A stretch of 21,084 bases of DNA from Bdellovibrionia bacterium (lineage in GTDB: Bacteria; Bdellovibrionota; UBA1018): contig JBJMMA010000007.1 of NCBI GenBank assembly GCA_045805065.1, positions 1 through 21,084 of the forward strand, read 5' to 3'. The number at the start of each line of letters is the position of its first letter. Positions within the stretch are counted from its first letter, which is position 1. This document shows positions 17,084 to 21,084 of the stretch, in pieces. The position numbers and the translations under genes are program-made. Under the pieces are notes generated by a model, which had not been told where the DNA came from, did not search any database, and saw only the letters and a program-made list of their open reading frames with translations.

Positions 17084-18316
17084 TTAGTCTTCCATGTCGG
17101 AAGCGCCAGCAATACCTGGAGCTTCGTCATTAGAGGACGATGGAGATGAGATCATCGTTGGATGCGCCAACTGTTCGGTTAGCTCGTCGAGCTCCTCGAC
17201 TTCGGCTTCTTCCTCAAGATCCGGATTTGCGCCTGGCGAGCAGCCTGGAGCGCCTGGATGGTCACCGATACGGACGTGGACATGGTTGCGGTGGCCTTTT
17301 TGATGCTTGAGGAAGCGTCCGTAAAGGGCCCACTCTTCATCGCGTGCGGCCACCTTGGCGATCTTGCGGATGTGGCGACGATCCAGGAACATGACCTTCA
17401 CGCAAGCGTAAGGGTTTTTCATGATCTGCTTGATCATCCACCAGTTTTCTTTGGCATCGAGCGTATTGCTAAACGCTGCCGGAGAACGACGATTCTTCAA
17501 TACATTGAGAAGACCAACGTCCACATCGGATCCGTTCGTGTGAGAGAGATGCCCGCGGCGTCCGGATGGACCTGCAAGACAGCCTCCACGAGGCGCTGCG
17601 ATATCTCCAATGTTCAATCTGACGCCGGAAAACTCGGGCGCCGAGAAACGGCTTGCCACCTGGCGACCGAGCCACTCCAGCATCCCGATCATATTATCGG
17701 TTCCAAAACGGGTGCAGCGCTCAGGTGAGCGAAGCTGAATACGATTCTTCTCGCTAGGAACAATCGGGCGGCCATGCGCAAGAAATCCGTTATTTGCCGT
17801 ACAATAAGATTGATCCTTGCGTCCCATGTCTTGAGTGATCGCCTCAAGCGGATCAAAAGAAGGATTCGGACTCTCAAGTGCCTCGATGTATTCCTTTTGC
17901 TCGTCAGTCATCTCCCCGCAATAATTTCCGCGAGGGCGTTTCGAGAAACAGCTGACGCGCGTTTTCTTTCCACGAGCACTTGCGATGCTCCGGCAACAGC
18001 GATGACCATTAAAAGGAAACTCAGGGTTCCAATCAGCGCAGAAATCAATCGTTGGAATCTTCTCAAGACCCGGATCGTTTGGCGTTGGAAACGCGCTGAC
18101 CATGCGCTCACGGTCATGAGTAAAGGATGACTCCGGCATGTCCGGATCAAACTCAGGCATCAACGAAGAAGCGATAACGCGATTCGAGTTATCCTTCTCT
18201 CGATGAACGCGAGGAGAAGCCTTTACAGATCCTTCCGCCGCAAAAGACAAAGGAGCCAAACTGCTGACAGCTCCCAACACAGTAATGATGTACAACGCTC
18301 TTAGTCGTAGACGCAC
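17084..18316 (-). CDS. Penicillin-insensitive murein endopeptidase family protein (MepA-like Zn peptidase), exported
   Basis: Signal peptide (SFA-A), NGFLAHG, RFGT, IGDIAAPRGG...GHLSHTNGSDVD (H-x6-D) and GHRNHVHVR (HxH). Confidence 0.85.
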   Translation of the reverse strand: MRLRLRALYIITVLGAVSSLAPLSFAAEGSVKASPRVHREKDNSNRVIASSLMPEFDPDMPESSFTHDRERMVSAFPTPNDPGLEKIPTIDFCADWNPEFPFNGHRCCRSIASARGKKTRVSCFSKRPRGNYCGEMTDEQKEYIEALESPNPSFDPLEAITQDMGRKDQSYCTANNGFLAHGRPIVPSEKNRIQLRSPERCTRFGTDNMIGMLEWLGRQVASRFSAPEFSGVRLNIGDIAAPRGGCLAGPSGRRGHLSHTNGSDVDVGLLNVLKNRRSPAAFSNTLDAKENWWMIKQIMKNPYACVKVMFLDRRHIRKIAKVAARDEEWALYGRFLKHQKGHRNHVHVRIGDHPGAPGCSPGANPDLEEEAEVEELDELTEQLAHPTMISSPSSSNDEAPGIAGASDMED

Positions 18317-18364
18317 GACAAAACAATAACGAACAAGAAGCGCTTAAGTCAAATTTTGAGTTCA

Positions 18365-19432
18365 TTAGAATTTTTTCATGAGCAGAAGCTGTTCTTCGAG
18401 ATCTCTCAACTGCTCCTGCCAATAGCGATGAGTTCCGAACTGCGGAAAGGCCGCAGGAAAGGCAGGATCACTCCAACGTCTTGCAATCCACGCCGAGTAA
18501 TGAACGAATCTCAGCGCGCGAAGAGGCTCTATGAGCCTGAGCGTCAAAAAATTGAACTCGCGCATCTCCTCGTACCCTTCAAGCAGAATCTGGCGCTGGC
18601 GAATCGACTCCTCATCTCTTCCGGGCACCAATAACCAGATGTCCTGCACCGCAGGGCCACGAACCATATCATCAAAATCCAGGAAGAAAGGCCCGCTCTG
18701 GTTCCAGAGAAGATTTCCCAGATGACAGTCGCCGTGAATGCGATGAATCGCGCTGACAGGAAGCGCAGAAAATAAGTCATCTGAAAATGAGCAAATCTCT
18801 TCCACGACTTGCTGATAGCGAGCGGCGTACTCCAGCGGGATCCAGTTCCCTTCTAAAAGCGACGCAAGATTTTTTCGTCCGTAAGTTTCTGGACCGATCC
18901 CGATTCGATGAAGCGCGGGCTTGAGCGCTCCTACTGAATGAATCCGCGCAAGAAGCCGCCCGATCCATCGGAGCTGATCATCCTGAAGCTCATCTGGGGA
19001 TCGTCCCCCCACTTTCGGAAAAAGTGCGTAAAAAATTCCGCTCTCTTGAGCAACATGAAGGGTCTGCGATTTTTCTGCTCCCATCTCAAACTCGATCGGA
19101 GCAACAACAGGAATTTCTGATTTCTTGAGATCCAGAAGAAACTCATGCTCTTCGAGGATCTGCTCGCGATTCCATCTGCCGGGCCGATAGAATTTCACCA
19201 CGCGTCGTCGGGCAAATGCGGCCGATGCTGAGCGATCGGAAGAATCATCCTCTTCCTCGAGCTCAATCTCGTAGACGCGATTTTCAAAACTATTGAGCGC
19301 GGTACAGCGTCCACTGCAGCGAAGCCCCAAGGCTTCGACAGCTTCCAGAACTCGATCAGGAGTCAGCTCAAAGAAGAACCGAGTCTGAGCATCTCCCCAG
19401 GCATTTCCACTCGGAGCCTGCGTTTCATTCAT
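18365..19432 (-). CDS. srkA: Stress response Ser/Thr kinase SrkA (RdoA/YihE)
   Basis: LNSFENRVY, VKFYRPGRW, ILEEHEFL, HGDCHLGN, DFDD, GPAVQDIW and WSDPAFPAAFP. The true start is ATG 19432, which overlaps the HNH stop. Confidence 0.93.
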   Translation of the reverse strand: MNETQAPSGNAWGDAQTRFFFELTPDRVLEAVEALGLRCSGRCTALNSFENRVYEIELEEEDDSSDRSASAAFARRRVVKFYRPGRWNREQILEEHEFLLDLKKSEIPVVAPIEFEMGAEKSQTLHVAQESGIFYALFPKVGGRSPDELQDDQLRWIGRLLARIHSVGALKPALHRIGIGPETYGRKNLASLLEGNWIPLEYAARYQQVVEEICSFSDDLFSALPVSAIHRIHGDCHLGNLLWNQSGPFFLDFDDMVRGPAVQDIWLLVPGRDEESIRQRQILLEGYEEMREFNFLTLRLIEPLRALRFVHYSAWIARRWSDPAFPAAFPQFGTHRYWQEQLRDLEEQLLLMKKF

Positions 19433-19775
19433 CAGAATCACCCGAGTCGCTTGGGCGTGCTGCTCTCTCCTGGGCGAGCTGTTCGAAGATTTGATCAACC
19501 GGTGTCGAAAGCTTTTTGTCCTGGTTGCAGTTTTTGCAGGCGGGAACCACATTGCCTTGCGTGCTGGTTCCACCGCGGGCGATAGGAACCACATGGTCCA
19601 TGGTCAGATCTTTCGCGCTGAACTTTTTACCGCAGTAATGGCAGATGCCAGCGGCAAGCTTTTGCTTCCACCATTGGGATTTTTTCAGCTTTTGCGCCTT
19701 CTCGCGCTCTTTGCGCACGCGTACTGGATCCGTATGTGCCGGATCCAAAGTAAAGTACTCCCGCTCTTTGGACAT
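19425..19775 (-). CDS. Small HNH endonuclease family protein
   Basis: CHYC...TMDHVVPIARGG...NVVPACKNCN. Confidence 0.9.
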   Translation of the reverse strand: MSKEREYFTLDPAHTDPVRVRKEREKAQKLKKSQWWKQKLAAGICHYCGKKFSAKDLTMDHVVPIARGGTSTQGNVVPACKNCNQDKKLSTPVDQIFEQLAQERAARPSDSGDSDE

Positions 19776-19783
19776 AGCTCTTT

Positions 19784-20560
19784 TCAGTAGCTGTTTGGGG
19801 GCGCGGGGTCAAGACCACCTTGACGTTCGGTCGGCTGCGCGGCTGCTTTATGCTCAAAAGTGTAGATATTGTAAGCATGTCGAATCACGTTCAAAGCCAC
19901 GTTTCGAACCGGCACTCCTCCGGGCGTGACTCCACGCTCAACGCCTTTGTGAGCATGCCCATGAAAGGCTGCATCCGCCCCACTCGAATCAATGGCCTCA
20001 GCCAGCAGATAACTTCCCAGAAAAGGATAGATCTCTCGCTTTTCACCCAGAAGAGTTCCATCAACCGGAGCGAAATGCGTCAATGCGAACCGATACTCCG
20101 TATCGAGCGCCATGAGGTTTGACTTCAGAATCTCAGCTTGCACGCGCGCGTGATGGGCAAAGCTTCTTGTTTCGCGCTCGCCAAACTCCGTCACACAAGC
20201 TCCGAAAAAACCTCCGCCAAAACCTTTGATGCCCGCGACGCCCACGCGAATCCCATGGACGTCAAAGGTCGCGTTCTGCCCTTCAAGGACGGTGATCTCG
20301 GCCTCCCGAAGCAAATCGGAAATTTCCTCTTGCTGGTCGGAGTGAAAATCATGATTTCCAAGAACCGTCACAACGGGAATTTGAACGTCGCTCAGATCCG
20401 ACACCAAGGCGGATGCCTCTTCGACCGTTCCCGCCTGCGTGAGATCGCCTGCAATCAGCAGCAGATCCGCCCGATCCCCAAGAGCAGCAAAATGAGCGCG
20501 CATCTCTTTGCGAGGATGACGATCATAGTGGACATCCCCGACGGCAGCGATTCGAATCAC
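19784..20560 (-). CDS. Calcineurin-like metallophosphoesterase
   Basis: GDVH, AGDLT, LGNHD, THFAP and HGHAH motifs. The GTG start overlaps the upstream stop (GTGA). Confidence 0.92.
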   Translation of the reverse strand: MIRIAAVGDVHYDRHPRKEMRAHFAALGDRADLLLIAGDLTQAGTVEEASALVSDLSDVQIPVVTVLGNHDFHSDQQEEISDLLREAEITVLEGQNATFDVHGIRVGVAGIKGFGGGFFGACVTEFGERETRSFAHHARVQAEILKSNLMALDTEYRFALTHFAPVDGTLLGEKREIYPFLGSYLLAEAIDSSGADAAFHGHAHKGVERGVTPGGVPVRNVALNVIRHAYNIYTFEHKAAAQPTERQGGLDPAPPNSY

Positions 20561-21084
20561 TCAATTTCCTCCACTTCGGAAGGCTCATTGAAGTGAATCA
20601 CGCGAATTTGATTTTCAATGTCGTAATTTGGAAAGCACTCACGAGCGATTTTCTCGACAGTCTGACGACGCTCAGGAACCGAAACCTCTCCTCGCAGGAG
20701 AATGTGATCCTGCGCCTGCTCGATTTGGATATCGAGCTCATTGGTCCGCGGGTCCTCAGCCAACCTCTCATGAAGATGCCCGATCGCATAAGCTTCAGAA
20801 GCGCGTTCCTGGGATCCGGCGGCCGCTGGCGGGACAACTGAAAGCGGCGCGTGTGTATGAACCTGCCTTGGATTGGGTGGAGGACCTGCCGTAAAAGACG
20901 GTGAGGCTCTCGAAACATTCACCTGACTTGTCTGCTGATGCTGCGACACCTGTGGAATCTGGGGCATCTGACGGGAGGCATCCCCGAAGATCCCTTGATA
21001 AAGCTCACTGATCACGAAGTTCGGAACCCAGATGTCGTTGGATTGGGCATACAGCAACAAGCTCAGCACTCTGCGAGGTGCACG
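20557..21084 (-). CDS. 5'-truncated protein with a C-terminal BON domain, possibly a nucleotidyltransferase-family fusion
   Basis: The frame is open to the window edge (RAPRRVLSLLLYAQSND...). A Q/P/S-rich linker is followed by LHERLAEDPRTNELDIQI...ILLRGEV...IENQIRV (BON). Confidence 0.75.
   Translation of the reverse strand, partial: RAPRRVLSLLLYAQSNDIWVPNFVISELYQGIFGDASRQMPQIPQVSQHQQTSQVNVSRASPSFTAGPPPNPRQVHTHAPLSVVPPAAAGSQERASEAYAIGHLHERLAEDPRTNELDIQIEQAQDHILLRGEVSVPERRQTVEKIARECFPNYDIENQIRVIHFNEPSEVEEIE

Noticed and set aside
19433..19594. 54-aa N-terminal extension of SrkA in the ORF track
   Set aside because: It lies inside the HNH gene. ATG 19432 gives a normal length and a coupled start.
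19425..19775. HNH gene as a mobile homing element
   Set aside because: It sits in an operon with tight junctions, and there is no intron, terminal repeat or target-site duplication.

Overview
Gene-dense bacterial chromosomal window. The lineage is probably Bdellovibrionota/Oligoflexia-like or another deltaproteobacteria-like group (inferred from gene content and protein style only). Housekeeping and stress genes: aspS-glpD, a PLD-DedA fusion plus a YbhP-like phosphatase, a receiver-only response regulator, aspA, csbD, a MepA-like endopeptidase, srkA, a small HNH protein, a metallophosphoesterase and a partial BON-domain protein. The standout is an ~7.9 kb tandem array of three co-oriented paralogues (8885-16753, minus strand). 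Each has a signal peptide, a divergent CCA-adding/poly(A) polymerase-like nucleotidyltransferase domain, a PARP/H-Y-x-like ADP-ribosyltransferase domain, a variable number (~13, 3, ~12) of ~30-aa 'LSQPHWKDHPEW' helical repeats, and a Cys-containing C-terminal cap. These look like a family of exported, modular dual-enzyme effectors. Three sigma-54-like promoters precede stress-type genes, and a perfect 23-bp palindrome sits just upstream of the array. Domain calls come from motifs read by eye, not from database searches.
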